A DNA stretch of 64,000 bases from an uncultured Lachnospiraceae bacterium (GTDB lineage Bacteria > Bacillota > Clostridia > Lachnospirales > Lachnospiraceae), in the NCBI GenBank assembly GCA_905235435.1, contig CAJOLD010000009.1:16129-80128 (forward strand), read 5' to 3'. Below are positions 1-10,232 of this stretch, in pieces (the stretch's first letter is position 1; every line of letters starts with the position of its first letter). Below the pieces are notes generated by a model that saw nothing but the letters and a program-made list of their open reading frames with translations, made no database searches and was not told where the DNA came from. Made by a program: the position numbers and the translations under genes.

Positions 1-106
1 GCCCGAATTCTCTCTGTGCCACGCTGCGGATGCTTCCGTCTCTTCCGAAGATAATGCAGCGTGAGCTCGTAGTCCCCTGATCAAGGGCCATCACAAATCT
101 GTTCAT
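1..106 (-). CDS. glpK: Glycerol kinase, 5' part (runs off window start)
   Basis: Not in ORF track. Manual translation gives [35 protein letters not shown] with the DQGTTSSR signature; RBS GAGGAGG; start overlaps argD stop (TAATG). Confidence 0.88.
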   Translation of the reverse strand, partial: MNRFVMALDQGTTSSRCIIFGRDGSIRSVAQREFG

Positions 107-1311
107 TATCGCACCTCCTCAATCACCTTTCCGAGGATCCGGCACATCGTATCGATATCATCCTTCGTGATGACAAGCGGCGGCACCAGGCGGATCACAT
201 TGCCGCCGGCAGTAAGAACGACCAGTCCTTCTTCAAGAGCCGCCGAAGCGATCTTTCCGGCGGGGACGTCCTCCCTGACGACAAGGCCCTGCATGAAGCC
301 TCTGCCGCGGCGCCCGGTGAGCAGATCCTCCTTCTCACACAGAGCGTCCAGTTTTTCCTCCAGGTACGGTGTAAGCTCTCTCACATGTCCGATAATGTCT
401 TCTTCTTCAAATATCTGAAAGACCGCGGATACGGCCGCGCAGGCAAAGGGATTTCCCCCGTAGGTGCTGCCGTGGTCTCCGGGCTCTATGGAATTTTCCC
501 CCGCTTTTTCGCCCAGCACGAAGGCGCCGACAGGCACGCCGCATCCCAGTGCTTTCGCGCAGGTCATGATATCGGGCTTTACGCCGTATCCCTGCCAGGC
601 GAACCAGTCGCCGGTGCGGCCCATGCCGCACTGGATCTCATCCAGGATCAGCAGGATGTCCTTCTCATCGCAGAGTCTGCGCACGCCGCTCAGGAATTCC
701 GGATCCGCGGGATAGATCCCGCCCTCGCCCTGCACGGTCTCGAGGATGATCGCGCAGGTATTGTCCGTCACCTGCGCCTCGACGCTCGCAAGGTCATTGA
801 ACTTCGCGAAACGCACGCCGCCCATCAGCGGCTCAAAGGGTTCCCTGTAGTGCGCGTTTCCGGTCACGGAGACAGCGCCGACCGTACGGCCGTGGAAGGA
901 ATGTTCCATCGCGATGATCTCATGTCCGCTGCGGCCGTCCCGGCGGTAAGCGTACTTCTTTGCCGCCTTGATGGCGCCCTCGATCGCCTCCGCGCCGCTG
1001 TTCGTAAAGAACACACGGGAAAGCCCGCTCTTTTCGGTGATCGCGGCGGCCGCCTCCGCAAGAGGCTTTGTATAATACAGATTCGAGATGTGGAGCAGCT
1101 TTCCTGCCTGCTCCTTCAGCGCCTGCGTATACGCGGGGTGCGCATAGCCGAGGGCGTTTACCGCGATGCCAGCGCCGAAATCCAGATAGGTCCTGCCGTC
1201 AGCGTCCCTGAGCGTAACGCCCTCCCCGCTCTCAAAGACAACGGGAAAGCGGTTATATGCGTGCAGAAGATTCTCTTCCGCGTCCGCCATGATCTTTTCA
1301 CTGATTGACAT
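106..1311 (-). CDS. argD: Acetylornithine aminotransferase
   Basis: Class III PLP aminotransferase motifs ([38 protein letters not shown]); in arg operon; start taken at MSISEK. Confidence 0.9.
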   Translation of the reverse strand: MSISEKIMADAEENLLHAYNRFPVVFESGEGVTLRDADGRTYLDFGAGIAVNALGYAHPAYTQALKEQAGKLLHISNLYYTKPLAEAAAAITEKSGLSRVFFTNSGAEAIEGAIKAAKKYAYRRDGRSGHEIIAMEHSFHGRTVGAVSVTGNAHYREPFEPLMGGVRFAKFNDLASVEAQVTDNTCAIILETVQGEGGIYPADPEFLSGVRRLCDEKDILLILDEIQCGMGRTGDWFAWQGYGVKPDIMTCAKALGCGVPVGAFVLGEKAGENSIEPGDHGSTYGGNPFACAAVSAVFQIFEEEDIIGHVRELTPYLEEKLDALCEKEDLLTGRRGRGFMQGLVVREDVPAGKIASAALEEGLVVLTAGGNVIRLVPPLVITKDDIDTMCRILGKVIEEVR

Positions 1312-2200
1312 AGTATTTTTCCTCCCCCTCGCCGATGATCGCGGTGCCGATACCTTTATCCGTAAAGAATTCAAGGAGCAGTGAATGTTCGAGACGCCCG
1401 TCCAGGATATGGACTCTGGAGACGCCCGCCTCGATCGCGTCGATGCAGTTCGTCAGCTTCGGCAGCATGCCGCCGCCGATCATGCCGGAGGCGAGCAGCT
1501 CCTTCGCTTCCCCGGTGGTCATCTCACTGATGAGCGTGGAGGGGTCACTCAGGTCACGGCACACGCCGGCAATGTCCGTCAGGAAGACGAGCTTTGCGGC
1601 CTTCATGGCTGTCGCGATCGCACAGGCCGCATCGTCCGCGTTGATATTGTACGAATGATAGGCGTCGTCGGAGCCGATCGGACAGATGACCGGGATGTAG
1701 TCGTTGTCCAGAAGGGTGTTCAGAAGATCCGGATTCACCTCCGTCACCTCGCCGACATAGCCGATATCCTTTCCGTCCGCGTATTTCTTCTGCACCCGCA
1801 GCACGGTCCCGTCCTTGCCGCTGATGCCGACAGCGTTCACGCCGACCTTCTCCATCATGGAGACCAGGCCCTTGTTGACGCGGTTTAAAACCATCTCGGC
1901 GACCTGCATGGTCTGCTTGTCCGTGACGCGCAGTCCGTTCACAAATTCCGTCTCAAGACCCACACGGCCGACCCACGAGGAGATCTCCTTGCCGCCGCCG
2001 TGCACGATGATCGGCCGAAAGCCGACGAGCTTGAGCAGGGCGACGTCGCGGATGACGCTCTTTTTGAGCTCATGGTCCGCCATCGCGCTCCCGCCGTACT
2101 TGACCACGATCGTCGCTCCCTGAAAGCGCTGTATATAGGGAAGGGCCTCAATGAGTACGCCGGCCTTCTCCAGATAAAGTTCCATCTCTTTTTTGTCCAT
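1298..2200 (-). CDS. argB: Acetylglutamate kinase
   Basis: [37 protein letters not shown] motifs. Confidence 0.95.
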   Translation of the reverse strand: MDKKEMELYLEKAGVLIEALPYIQRFQGATIVVKYGGSAMADHELKKSVIRDVALLKLVGFRPIIVHGGGKEISSWVGRVGLETEFVNGLRVTDKQTMQVAEMVLNRVNKGLVSMMEKVGVNAVGISGKDGTVLRVQKKYADGKDIGYVGEVTEVNPDLLNTLLDNDYIPVICPIGSDDAYHSYNINADDAACAIATAMKAAKLVFLTDIAGVCRDLSDPSTLISEMTTGEAKELLASGMIGGGMLPKLTNCIDAIEAGVSRVHILDGRLEHSLLLEFFTDKGIGTAIIGEGEEKYYVNQ

Positions 2201-2226
2201 GTTCCCTCCGGTATCGTTCTTTGTCT

Positions 2227-3453
2227 TCAGGACCTGTAGTCCGCGTTGATCCTTATATATTCATAAGTGAGGTCGCAGCCCCAGGCCGCGGCGCTCTCCT
2301 TTCCTTCCCCGAGATCGGCGGTGGCGGTCACTTCCTTTTCGGAGAGGATCTTTGTGGCCTCCTCCTCGCTGTAACTGACGGCCCTCCCGCCTTTCGCGAT
2401 CTGCACCCTGCCGGCGGCGCTCTCGAACCACAGGCTCACCTTTTCAGGATCGAATTCCGCTCCGGAATAGCCCATCGCGCAGAGGATCCTTCCCCAGTTG
2501 GCGTCATGTCCCGCGATCGCGGTCTTTACCAGGCTGGAAGAAACGACGGACCGGGCGATGGTCTTTGCCTGCGCCTTCGCAGAGGCGCCGGTCACCTTCA
2601 TCTCAAACAGGGCCTCGGCCCCCTCGCCGTCGCCGGCCATCTTTTTCGCGAGATATGTGTTGACTGCGCGCAGCGCTTCGCAGAAGGCGTCAAAGTCTTC
2701 CCCTTCGGCCGTGATGACCGGATTTCCAGCCAGGCCGTTCGCGAGCAGGACGCAGGTATCGTTGGTGGACGTATCCCCGTCCACGGAGATCATATTGTAG
2801 GTCTCTTCGACGTCGGCGGACAGAGCCTTCTGCAGCATCTCCTTCGAGATCGCCGCATCCGTCGTGATAAAGCAGAGCATCGTACACATATTGGGATGGA
2901 TCATCCCGGAGCCCTTGGTCATGGCTCCGATCGTGACCTCCTTCCCGCCGATCACGGTCTTTGCCGCGATCTCCTTGCGCACGGTGTCGGTCGTCATGAT
3001 CGCCTTTGCGGCGGCAGTCCCCGCCTCCGGCGTATCCTTCAGAGCAGGGGCAAGTGCCCTGATCCCGGCGGTGATCTTATCCACGGGGATCTGCATGCCG
3101 ATCACGCCCGTGGAGGCCGTGAGCACTTCCTCCGGGGAGATGCCGAGCGCTTCCGAGGCCGCCTCCGCGGTCTTTTCGCAGATCTCCATCCCCTCCGCGC
3201 CGGTGCACGCGTTCGCGATGCCGCTGTTGACGACGACCGCGCGCACGGGGCCGTTTCCTTCGCGGATGATCCTTCTGTCCCAGAGGACCGGCGCCGCTTT
3301 TACGACGTTGCTCGTAAAGGTACCCGCGCTTTCGCAGGGCTCTTTGGAAACGAGAAGCGCAAGATCGTCTCTTCCTTCGTATTTAATGCCGGCCGCGCCT
3401 GCGGCGGCCAGAAATCCTTTCGGGGCCGTCACGCCCCCCTCGATCAGGTTCAT
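2227..3453 (-). CDS. argJ: Bifunctional ornithine acetyltransferase / N-acetylglutamate synthase
   Basis: [49 protein letters not shown]-terminal INADYRS. Confidence 0.95.
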   Translation of the reverse strand: MNLIEGGVTAPKGFLAAAGAAGIKYEGRDDLALLVSKEPCESAGTFTSNVVKAAPVLWDRRIIREGNGPVRAVVVNSGIANACTGAEGMEICEKTAEAASEALGISPEEVLTASTGVIGMQIPVDKITAGIRALAPALKDTPEAGTAAAKAIMTTDTVRKEIAAKTVIGGKEVTIGAMTKGSGMIHPNMCTMLCFITTDAAISKEMLQKALSADVEETYNMISVDGDTSTNDTCVLLANGLAGNPVITAEGEDFDAFCEALRAVNTYLAKKMAGDGEGAEALFEMKVTGASAKAQAKTIARSVVSSSLVKTAIAGHDANWGRILCAMGYSGAEFDPEKVSLWFESAAGRVQIAKGGRAVSYSEEEATKILSEKEVTATADLGEGKESAAAWGCDLTYEYIRINADYRS

Positions 3454-3477
3454 GATCCGCTTTCCTTTCTGTCTCAC

Positions 3478-4518
3478 TTACGGGAACAGGGGCACCAGCT
3501 TCAGGCCCTCGTTCTCCTCAAGACCGAACATCAGATTCATATTCTGCACGGCCTGTCCGGCCGCGCCTTTTACCAGATTGTCGATCGCGCCGATCGCAAC
3601 GATCCGGTTCGTCCTTGCATCGATCTTGAAGCCGATGTCGACGAAATTGCTCCCTTCGGTCCATCTCGTCTCCGGAAGGCTTCCCTCCGGCAGGAGGCGG
3701 ATAAAGTACTCATCCGCGAAGCACGCTTCGTAGGCAGCGCGGACCGCTTCGGCGTCTGCGCCGTTATTCAGTTTCGCGTAGCAGGTCGCGAGGATCCCGC
3801 GGTTCATCGGGACAAGATGCGGCGTAAACGTCAGGGCAAGGGACCTGCCGGCCGCATAGCCCAGCTGTTCCTCGATCTCCGGCGTATGTCTGTGTCCGGC
3901 CACGCTGTATGCCTTGATGCTCTCGTTGACCTCGCAGAAAAGGTTGGGCAACTTCGCGCCTCTCCCGGCGCCGGAAGTCCCGGACTTCGCGTCAATAATA
4001 ATGGAATCCGGATCGATGAGCCCGGCCTTTACCAGCGGATAGAGGGTCAGGATGGAGCAGGTCGTATAGCAGCCCGGATTGGCCACCAGGCGCGCGCCGC
4101 GGATGTCTTCGCGGTTGATCTCGCACAGTCCGTAGACAGCCTCCCCAAGAAACTGCGGCGCCTTGTGCTCTATTCCGTACCATTTTTCATAGATATTCAC
4201 ATCCTTCAGGCGGAAGTCCGCCGAAAGGTCGATGACCTTCGTCTTTGATAAGATGTCCACATTCACCAGGGACGCGCAGAGCCCCTGCGGCGTCGCGGTA
4301 AAGATCACGTCCGCCTCACTGCTCAGCTGGTCCATATCCTCCGCCATACATTTTTCATCCACAAGGCGGAACATATTCCTGTAGACATCGGCATACTTTT
4401 CGTCAATATAGCTGCGCGATCCGTACCAGACGATCTGCGCCTGCGGATGCTGCAGCAGGATCCTTACGAGCTCCTGGCCCGCATAGCCTGTCGAACCGAT
4501 GATTCCAACACGTATCAT
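3478..4518 (-). CDS. argC: N-acetyl-gamma-glutamyl-phosphate reductase
   Basis: GSTGYAG, DLSADFRL, ANPGCY, SGTSGAG, HRHTPEI, DNLVKGAAGQAVQN. Confidence 0.95.
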   Translation of the reverse strand: MIRVGIIGSTGYAGQELVRILLQHPQAQIVWYGSRSYIDEKYADVYRNMFRLVDEKCMAEDMDQLSSEADVIFTATPQGLCASLVNVDILSKTKVIDLSADFRLKDVNIYEKWYGIEHKAPQFLGEAVYGLCEINREDIRGARLVANPGCYTTCSILTLYPLVKAGLIDPDSIIIDAKSGTSGAGRGAKLPNLFCEVNESIKAYSVAGHRHTPEIEEQLGYAAGRSLALTFTPHLVPMNRGILATCYAKLNNGADAEAVRAAYEACFADEYFIRLLPEGSLPETRWTEGSNFVDIGFKIDARTNRIVAIGAIDNLVKGAAGQAVQNMNLMFGLEENEGLKLVPLFP

Positions 4519-4550
4519 ATGCATCTTCTCCATTCTTATAGTCTGTCAAC

Positions 4551-4690
4551 ATCATACCCCGATTCAAAAATGTTGTAAAGGAGAAATTTGCGCATAATTA
4601 TGCATTATCTCTGTATATTGTGTATACCGCATTGAATTTTTCTTGTTTTTTCAATTTGGTATTGCATATTTATGACAGCTGTTGTATAGT
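4551..4690. promoter_or_regulatory. Divergent argC/argG sigma-70 promoters with ArgR (ARG) boxes
   Basis: argC (-): TTTACA 4574-79, 17 bp, TATGAT 4551-56. argG (+): TTGCAT 4662-67, 17 bp, TATAGT 4685-90. ARG-box-like palindromes GCGCATAATTATGCATT (~4590-4606) and ATTGCATATTTATGACAG (4661-4678). Confidence 0.7.
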
Positions 4691-4758
4691 AATGCCTGTG
4701 CGGCACCCGGATGCCGCTTCTTATTAAAACACAGTACGCCATTGACGGGAGGTTGTTT

Positions 4759-5988
4759 ATGAAGGAAAAGGTTGTTCTTGCTTATTCCGGCGGACTTGAC
4801 ACCACTGCCATGATCCCCTGGCTCAAAGAAAATTTTGATTTTGACGTGATCTGCTGCTGCGTTGACTGCGGTCAGGGCAACGAGCTGGAAGGGCTTGACG
4901 AGCGCGCGAAGAGATCCGGCGCTTCCAAGCTTTATATTGAATCGGTCGTCGATGAGTTCTGTGACGACTTCATCATGCCCTGCGTAAAGGCAGGCGCTGT
5001 CTATGAGCACAAATACCTGCTCGGCACTTCCATGGCCCGTCCGGTCATCGCGAAAAAGCTGGTCGAGATCGCCCGCAAGGAAGGCGCGACGACCATCTGC
5101 CACGGCGCGACCGGCAAGGGAAATGACCAGATCCGCTTTGAGCTTGCCATCAAGGCCCTGGCTCCCGACCTGAAAGTCATCGCCCCCTGGCGTATGACGG
5201 ATGTATGGACCATGCAGTCCCGCGACGATGAATATGAATACGTCCGCGCGCACGGGATCGATCTTCCCTTTGACCAGAGCCACAGCTACAGCCGTGACCG
5301 CAACCTCTGGCACATCAGCCATGAGGGCCTTGAGCTGGAGGATCCCTCCAAGGCGCCCATCTATGACCGCATGCTCGTGCTGAGCGTTCCGCCCGAAAAG
5401 GCACCGGATCAGCCCGAGGAGATCAGCCTCACCTTTGAGAAGGGCGTGCCTGTCGCTTTAAACGGCAAGGCCATGAAGGTCTCTGAGATCATCACCGAGC
5501 TCAATACGATCGGCGGCCGCCACGGCATCGGCATTGTTGATATCGTCGAGAACCGCGTTGTCGGCATGAAGAGCCGCGGCGTCTACGAGACCCCCGGCGG
5601 CACCATCCTCACCGCGGCGCACGAGCAGCTTGAGGAGCTCACGCTTGACCGCGAGACGATGGAGGCAAAGAAGAAGCTCGGAAGCCAGATGGCCCAGGTC
5701 GTCTACGAAGGCAAATGGTTCACGCCGCTTCGCGAAGCGATCAGCGCGTTCGTGGATTCCACGCAGCAGACCGTGACCGGCGAGGTCCGGATGCGCCTCT
5801 ACAAGGGGAATATCATCAAGGCCGGAACGACCTCTCCCTTCAGCCTCTACAATGAATCGCTCGCGTCGTTTACGACCGGCGATCTCTACGATCATCACGA
5901 CGCCTCCGGCTTTATCACCCTCTTCGGGCTTCCGCTGGCAGTCCGCGCGATGATGCTGCAGACGCTGGATAAGAACGAGCAGAAATAA
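4759..5988 (+). CDS. argG: Argininosuccinate synthase
   Basis: VVLAYSGGLDT, HGATGKGNDQ, SRDRNLWH, VENRVVGMKSRGVYETPG; RBS GGAGG before MKEKVV. Confidence 0.96.
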   Translation: MKEKVVLAYSGGLDTTAMIPWLKENFDFDVICCCVDCGQGNELEGLDERAKRSGASKLYIESVVDEFCDDFIMPCVKAGAVYEHKYLLGTSMARPVIAKKLVEIARKEGATTICHGATGKGNDQIRFELAIKALAPDLKVIAPWRMTDVWTMQSRDDEYEYVRAHGIDLPFDQSHSYSRDRNLWHISHEGLELEDPSKAPIYDRMLVLSVPPEKAPDQPEEISLTFEKGVPVALNGKAMKVSEIITELNTIGGRHGIGIVDIVENRVVGMKSRGVYETPGGTILTAAHEQLEELTLDRETMEAKKKLGSQMAQVVYEGKWFTPLREAISAFVDSTQQTVTGEVRMRLYKGNIIKAGTTSPFSLYNESLASFTTGDLYDHHDASGFITLFGLPLAVRAMMLQTLDKNEQK

Positions 5989-6008
5989 ATTTCCAAAGCT
6001 TTCAAAAT

Positions 6009-6047
6009 AAAGACCGCCATGCCGGGACCGGCATGGCGGTTTTTTTA
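6009..6047. terminator. Intrinsic terminator between convergent argG and nucleoside hydrolase
   Basis: Stem ACCGCCATGCCGG / CCGGCATGGCGGT followed by a T-run, with an A-run on the other side. Confidence 0.85.
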
Positions 6048-6067
6048 TTGCTTCCTTCGCAGGCGGC

Positions 6068-8047
6068 TCAGATGGCATGCATCAGCTCCGCGAACCTTGC
6101 CGCATAGGTTTTGCGGTCTGCCTCCTGTACGACAAAGGTATTCTTCTGGCCGAACTTCACGTCCGTATCTCTGTCCGTAACGGTCATCCCGTTGCAGAAA
6201 GAGCTCCTCGTCTCCACAACCACGCCGCAGGCCTCTCCGGAAAACAAATCAGGCTGCGCGGCCAGCAGCACGGGCGTCACATCATGAAAGACCGTCTTCC
6301 CGCCGTAAAACGGAAGGTATGTCCCCTCCGGCCGGTCAACGATGGTCCGAAGGAGCGTGCTTCCTCTGCTCTCTCCCGCCATTGCCGCCGAAAGCTCGTC
6401 ATCGCTAAGCCAGAGCTTTTCCGTGACATCCAGCCCGCACATGACGATGGGCACGCCGGATTTAAAGACCGCCTGCGCGGCATCCGGGTCTGCCCAGATA
6501 TTGAATTCGGCGGCAGGCGTCCGGTTTCCTCCGATATCCGCCCCGCCCATGATCACGATGCGCGCGAGCAGCCCCGGAAGATCCGCGAACATGCGGAAGG
6601 CAAGCGCCGCGTTGGTCTGCGGCCCGAGGAGGATGAGCGTGAGCTTTCCGGGCTGGGCTTTGGCTGCCTCATAGAGCGCCCTGTATGCTTTCATCCCTTC
6701 CCGGGGCGCTTTTGACTCCGGAAGATCCGCCCCGTTTAGTCCGTTAGCTCCATGCACATATCCGGCGGGATGCCAGTCCGCCAGCATGGGCGCCGCGCTC
6801 CCGGCATAGACGGGGATATCCTCCCTTCCGAGGAAGGAAAGGACATTTCTCTCGTTGCGCAGACAGTCTTCCATGTGCGCGTTCCCGAAGACGGCGGAGA
6901 TGCCCTCGATCTTAAGAAGTCCCTCCTTTTCGAGGGCCGCCGCGGCGATCAGTGCCGCTGCGTCGTCGACGCCGGTATCTGTGTCGATCCAGACCGGTCC
7001 TCCGGTGCCCGCAAGGAACGGCTCCGGGATGGGGCCCGGCCCCAAAGCGTTCGCGCTGTAGTCTCTCTTTTCCGGAGAGGCCTCCGGGGACGGGCTGCCG
7101 GTGATCTCCACGGTCCTGCCGTCGAAGGCGCGCAGCGCCTCGATCAGCAGGTCGATATAACGTTCGCGGTCGATCGAGGTCATCACGAGGGTGTTCGGCT
7201 CATGGCCGGAATTTCCCTTAAAGTCCGCGACCGTCGCGCCTCTTGCGTATTCGCCGCCGGTCTCGATATCCACATAGTAGGGAGCACTCTCGAAGATCTC
7301 CGGATTCGTGAGCGCAAGGACGGCGCAGGGATCGTGGACCGGCGCGCCCTCATAGCCGATCGCCATCGGATACTTATAAAAGAATCCCAGCCAGTCCGCG
7401 ACGATCTGCGCGACCTGGTTTCCGACCGCGCGGATGCGCGGGAAATCCTCAGGCCTGATCAGCGCCTTCTCCGTCACGTCCAGTCCGCACATACGGATGG
7501 GAATGCCGCTTGCGAAAACGATCTTTGCCGCTTCCGGATCCTCGAAGATATTAAACTCGGCGGCCGGGTGCCAGTTTCCGTGGGTCACGCCGCCGCCCAT
7601 CAGGCTGATCATCCGGACCTTGTCCTTCACCTCCGGATGCGTCATAAGAAGCATCGCGACGTTCGTGAGCGGACCGGTGGGAATGATCACGACCGGCTCA
7701 CTGCTTTCGGCAATGACCTGTGCCATCAGCTCCTGCGCGGAAAGCGGTGAGATCTCCTGATCCGGCAGCGGCATTGCCGGTCCGTCCAGCCCGCTCTCCC
7801 CGTGCCAGTTCCCTGCTGTCACCGGATCCGCGGTGAGCGGACGGACAGCGCCCCTCGCAAAGGGGGCGTCAATTCCCAGCAGGGCACAGATGCGCCGCGC
7901 GTTCCAAGTCGTGTTTTCGATCGTCTGGTTGCCCGCGACAGAGGTAACGGCAAGGACCTTAAGCAGTGGGCTTGCTTTTGCGAAGACCCATGCGATCGCG
8001 TCGTCATGCCCCGGGTCGCCGTCCAGTATGACCGGTATCCTGTTCAT
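6068..8047 (-). CDS. Two-domain (tandem) inosine/uridine-preferring nucleoside hydrolase
   Basis: Two full IU-NH motif sets: DGDPGHDD..AEFN..GLDVT..VHD and DTDTGVDD..AEFN..GLDVT..FHD; 659 aa. Confidence 0.88.
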   Translation of the reverse strand: MNRIPVILDGDPGHDDAIAWVFAKASPLLKVLAVTSVAGNQTIENTTWNARRICALLGIDAPFARGAVRPLTADPVTAGNWHGESGLDGPAMPLPDQEISPLSAQELMAQVIAESSEPVVIIPTGPLTNVAMLLMTHPEVKDKVRMISLMGGGVTHGNWHPAAEFNIFEDPEAAKIVFASGIPIRMCGLDVTEKALIRPEDFPRIRAVGNQVAQIVADWLGFFYKYPMAIGYEGAPVHDPCAVLALTNPEIFESAPYYVDIETGGEYARGATVADFKGNSGHEPNTLVMTSIDRERYIDLLIEALRAFDGRTVEITGSPSPEASPEKRDYSANALGPGPIPEPFLAGTGGPVWIDTDTGVDDAAALIAAAALEKEGLLKIEGISAVFGNAHMEDCLRNERNVLSFLGREDIPVYAGSAAPMLADWHPAGYVHGANGLNGADLPESKAPREGMKAYRALYEAAKAQPGKLTLILLGPQTNAALAFRMFADLPGLLARIVIMGGADIGGNRTPAAEFNIWADPDAAQAVFKSGVPIVMCGLDVTEKLWLSDDELSAAMAGESRGSTLLRTIVDRPEGTYLPFYGGKTVFHDVTPVLLAAQPDLFSGEACGVVVETRSSFCNGMTVTDRDTDVKFGQKNTFVVQEADRKTYAARFAELMHAI

Positions 8048-8076
8048 ATGCGCATCTCTCCTTCTTTGGCGGTTTC

Positions 8077-8113
8077 AAAAGCCCGCAGCCGCGTGTTGCG
8101 GCCGCGGGCTTTT
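8077..8113 (-). terminator. Hairpin/terminator after ABC permease
   Basis: AAAAGCCCGCAGCCGC..GCGGCCGCGGGCTTTT inverted repeat. Confidence 0.6.
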
Positions 8114-8136
8114 CTCCTGCTTTTACCGTGCCATTA

Positions 8137-9066
8137 CTACTTCTGCAGTGCAGCGGAGGAATGGCGCTGTTTTTCTTTTCTCTTTTCGTTCAGTGCAAAG
8201 ATGACCAGCGCGATGATCGTTACAATGTAGGGAATCGGCGCCACAAGGTTGGAGTCGACGCCCGTCGCGGAGATCTTGATGCCCAGCGCGGACGCAAATC
8301 CGAAGATCAGCGCCGCAAGCATGGAGCCGACCGGTTCGCCGCCGCCCATCGACTGGGCTGCCAGGGCGATAAAGCCGCGGCCGGCGACCATATCCTGCGA
8401 CCATCCCATTGCGTAATACATGGACATGAATGCGCCGCCCATGCCGGCCAGGATGCCGCCGATGCCGATCGTGATGTACTGGATCTTCAGTACGCTGACA
8501 CCGACAGAGGATGCCGCGTTCGGGTTCTCGCCCACCGACCGGATATTCAGTCCGAGCGGGGTCTTGTACAGGAGGACGATCGTCAGCCATACAAGCAGGA
8601 ACGCAATGTAGGTGAGGACCGAATGTCCCGAGATGATCTTTCCGATGTACGGAATATCCCTGATCAGCGGAATGCTGATGCTCGGGATCTGGAGCGACTT
8701 TGTGATCAGGGCCGTGGTGGAGGCCTGTCCCGTAATGACCTTTACGAGGAACAGGCAGCCGCCGGAGCCGATCATGTTGATCGCCGTACCGGTAAGGATG
8801 ATGTTCGTCTTCAGGTTGAAAGCGAAGAAGCCCATGACCAGTGATTCCAGAAGGCCCACGGCCATCGCGAGCAGCAGCCCGATCAGCCAGCTCTTTGTCC
8901 AGTAGGCACCGAGCGAGCCGAACAGCGCCGACATCATCATGATCCCTTCAAGACCGATGTTGGAGACACCGCCCTTCTCGCCGATCACGGCAGCGAGGGT
9001 GGCGAACAGGATCGGGGTGGCGATACGGATGATCGAGAAGAAGAAATCAGCTGTAAAGATATTCAT
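8137..9066 (-). CDS. Nucleoside/sugar (CUT2) ABC permease
   Basis: EKGGVSNIGLEG, GENPNAASSVG, AGRGFIALAA motifs; hydrophobic. Confidence 0.88.
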   Translation of the reverse strand: MNIFTADFFFSIIRIATPILFATLAAVIGEKGGVSNIGLEGIMMMSALFGSLGAYWTKSWLIGLLLAMAVGLLESLVMGFFAFNLKTNIILTGTAINMIGSGGCLFLVKVITGQASTTALITKSLQIPSISIPLIRDIPYIGKIISGHSVLTYIAFLLVWLTIVLLYKTPLGLNIRSVGENPNAASSVGVSVLKIQYITIGIGGILAGMGGAFMSMYYAMGWSQDMVAGRGFIALAAQSMGGGEPVGSMLAALIFGFASALGIKISATGVDSNLVAPIPYIVTIIALVIFALNEKRKEKQRHSSAALQK

Positions 9067-10232
9067 TATTTCTCACCGCTCCTTTCTGCCGCCTCTTTCT
9101 GGGCCAGCTCCTCCTGTGCGCTCTTAACGACCAGCTTCTGGCGGTAACCGGCCAGGAACTGATGCGCCGCGAAGAACAGGAAGATGACAGCCTGGATAAT
9201 GCTGATCAGCTGGGACGGAACGTTCGCGTTCGTGGACATCAGCGTACAGCCCTTCGTCAGGTATGCCATGAAGAAGGCTGCAAGCGGGACGTAGATCGGA
9301 TTGTTGCCCGCGAGGATGGCGACCGTGATTCCTGTCCAGCCGTACTGCGGCTGCTGGATCCAGTTATAGACACTGTAGCGTCCGAGCATCTCAATGCCGC
9401 CGCCCATGCCGGCGAGGATACCGCCGAGGACCTGGCAGAGGATGATGATCATTGCGACGTTCATGCCCGAATACATGACGAAGGGCTGATTAATGCCCGT
9501 CATGCGGATGCCGTAGCCCCATCTGGTCCTGTACATAAAGAACCAGCAGAGGATGACCATGATGATGGCGATCACAAAGCCCCAGGAAAGACGGGACCCG
9601 TTGCTGACCAGCTGCGGCATGATGGCATTTGCCTGGAACGGCTGCGTCTGCGTGACGCCCTTGCTCGTATCGGCAAGGTAGGTGTTCATCAGATAGTTGA
9701 TCATGTACATGATCACGTAGTTGAGCATCAGGGAGTTGACCATCTCGGAGACGCCCAGCTTGGCTTTCAGCACGGCAGGGATCAGCATCATCAGGCCCGT
9801 TGCGAGCGCGCCCATCACGATGGCGACCACGATGAGCATCGGGCCCGGGATATGCCAGTACACCGCCACAAGAGCGGTCACAAAAGCACCGAGCATGATG
9901 CCGCCCTCAGCGCCCAGGTTGAACTGGTTCGCGGAGAACATGATACAGGTCGCAAGACCCGTGAACATGATCGGGATCATCTGCGCCAGGACGTCCGTGA
10001 AGCTCTTTACGCTGAACGTGCCGTTCTTGCGGAACAGCGGGCTGACCAGCATTTCACGGAGAGCCTTCAGGGAGGCGGACATCTTCTCGGAGAAGTTCGC
10101 GCCTTCCGCGCTGACAAAAATCAGTATGAAAGCGACCGCAAGGGCGATGGCCAGTGCCGCCAGAGCCCTGATGACCGAAAACTTTATACTGTTTTTTCGG
10201 CTCATGCCGCTGACATCATTCTTTTTATTCAT
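9066..10232 (-). CDS. Nucleoside/sugar (CUT2) ABC permease
   Basis: FNLGAEG, SEMVNSLMLNY, GWTGITVAILA; start taken at MNKKND. Confidence 0.86.
   Translation of the reverse strand: MNKKNDVSGMSRKNSIKFSVIRALAALAIALAVAFILIFVSAEGANFSEKMSASLKALREMLVSPLFRKNGTFSVKSFTDVLAQMIPIMFTGLATCIMFSANQFNLGAEGGIMLGAFVTALVAVYWHIPGPMLIVVAIVMGALATGLMMLIPAVLKAKLGVSEMVNSLMLNYVIMYMINYLMNTYLADTSKGVTQTQPFQANAIMPQLVSNGSRLSWGFVIAIIMVILCWFFMYRTRWGYGIRMTGINQPFVMYSGMNVAMIIILCQVLGGILAGMGGGIEMLGRYSVYNWIQQPQYGWTGITVAILAGNNPIYVPLAAFFMAYLTKGCTLMSTNANVPSQLISIIQAVIFLFFAAHQFLAGYRQKLVVKSAQEELAQKEAAERSGEK

Noticed and set aside
2221..4248. Long antisense ORFs (675 aa here; also 14321-15802, 18214-19644, 34880-36727, 58900-60249)
   Set aside because: They mirror well-supported genes on the opposite strand, as expected from high third-position GC; no motifs or RBS.
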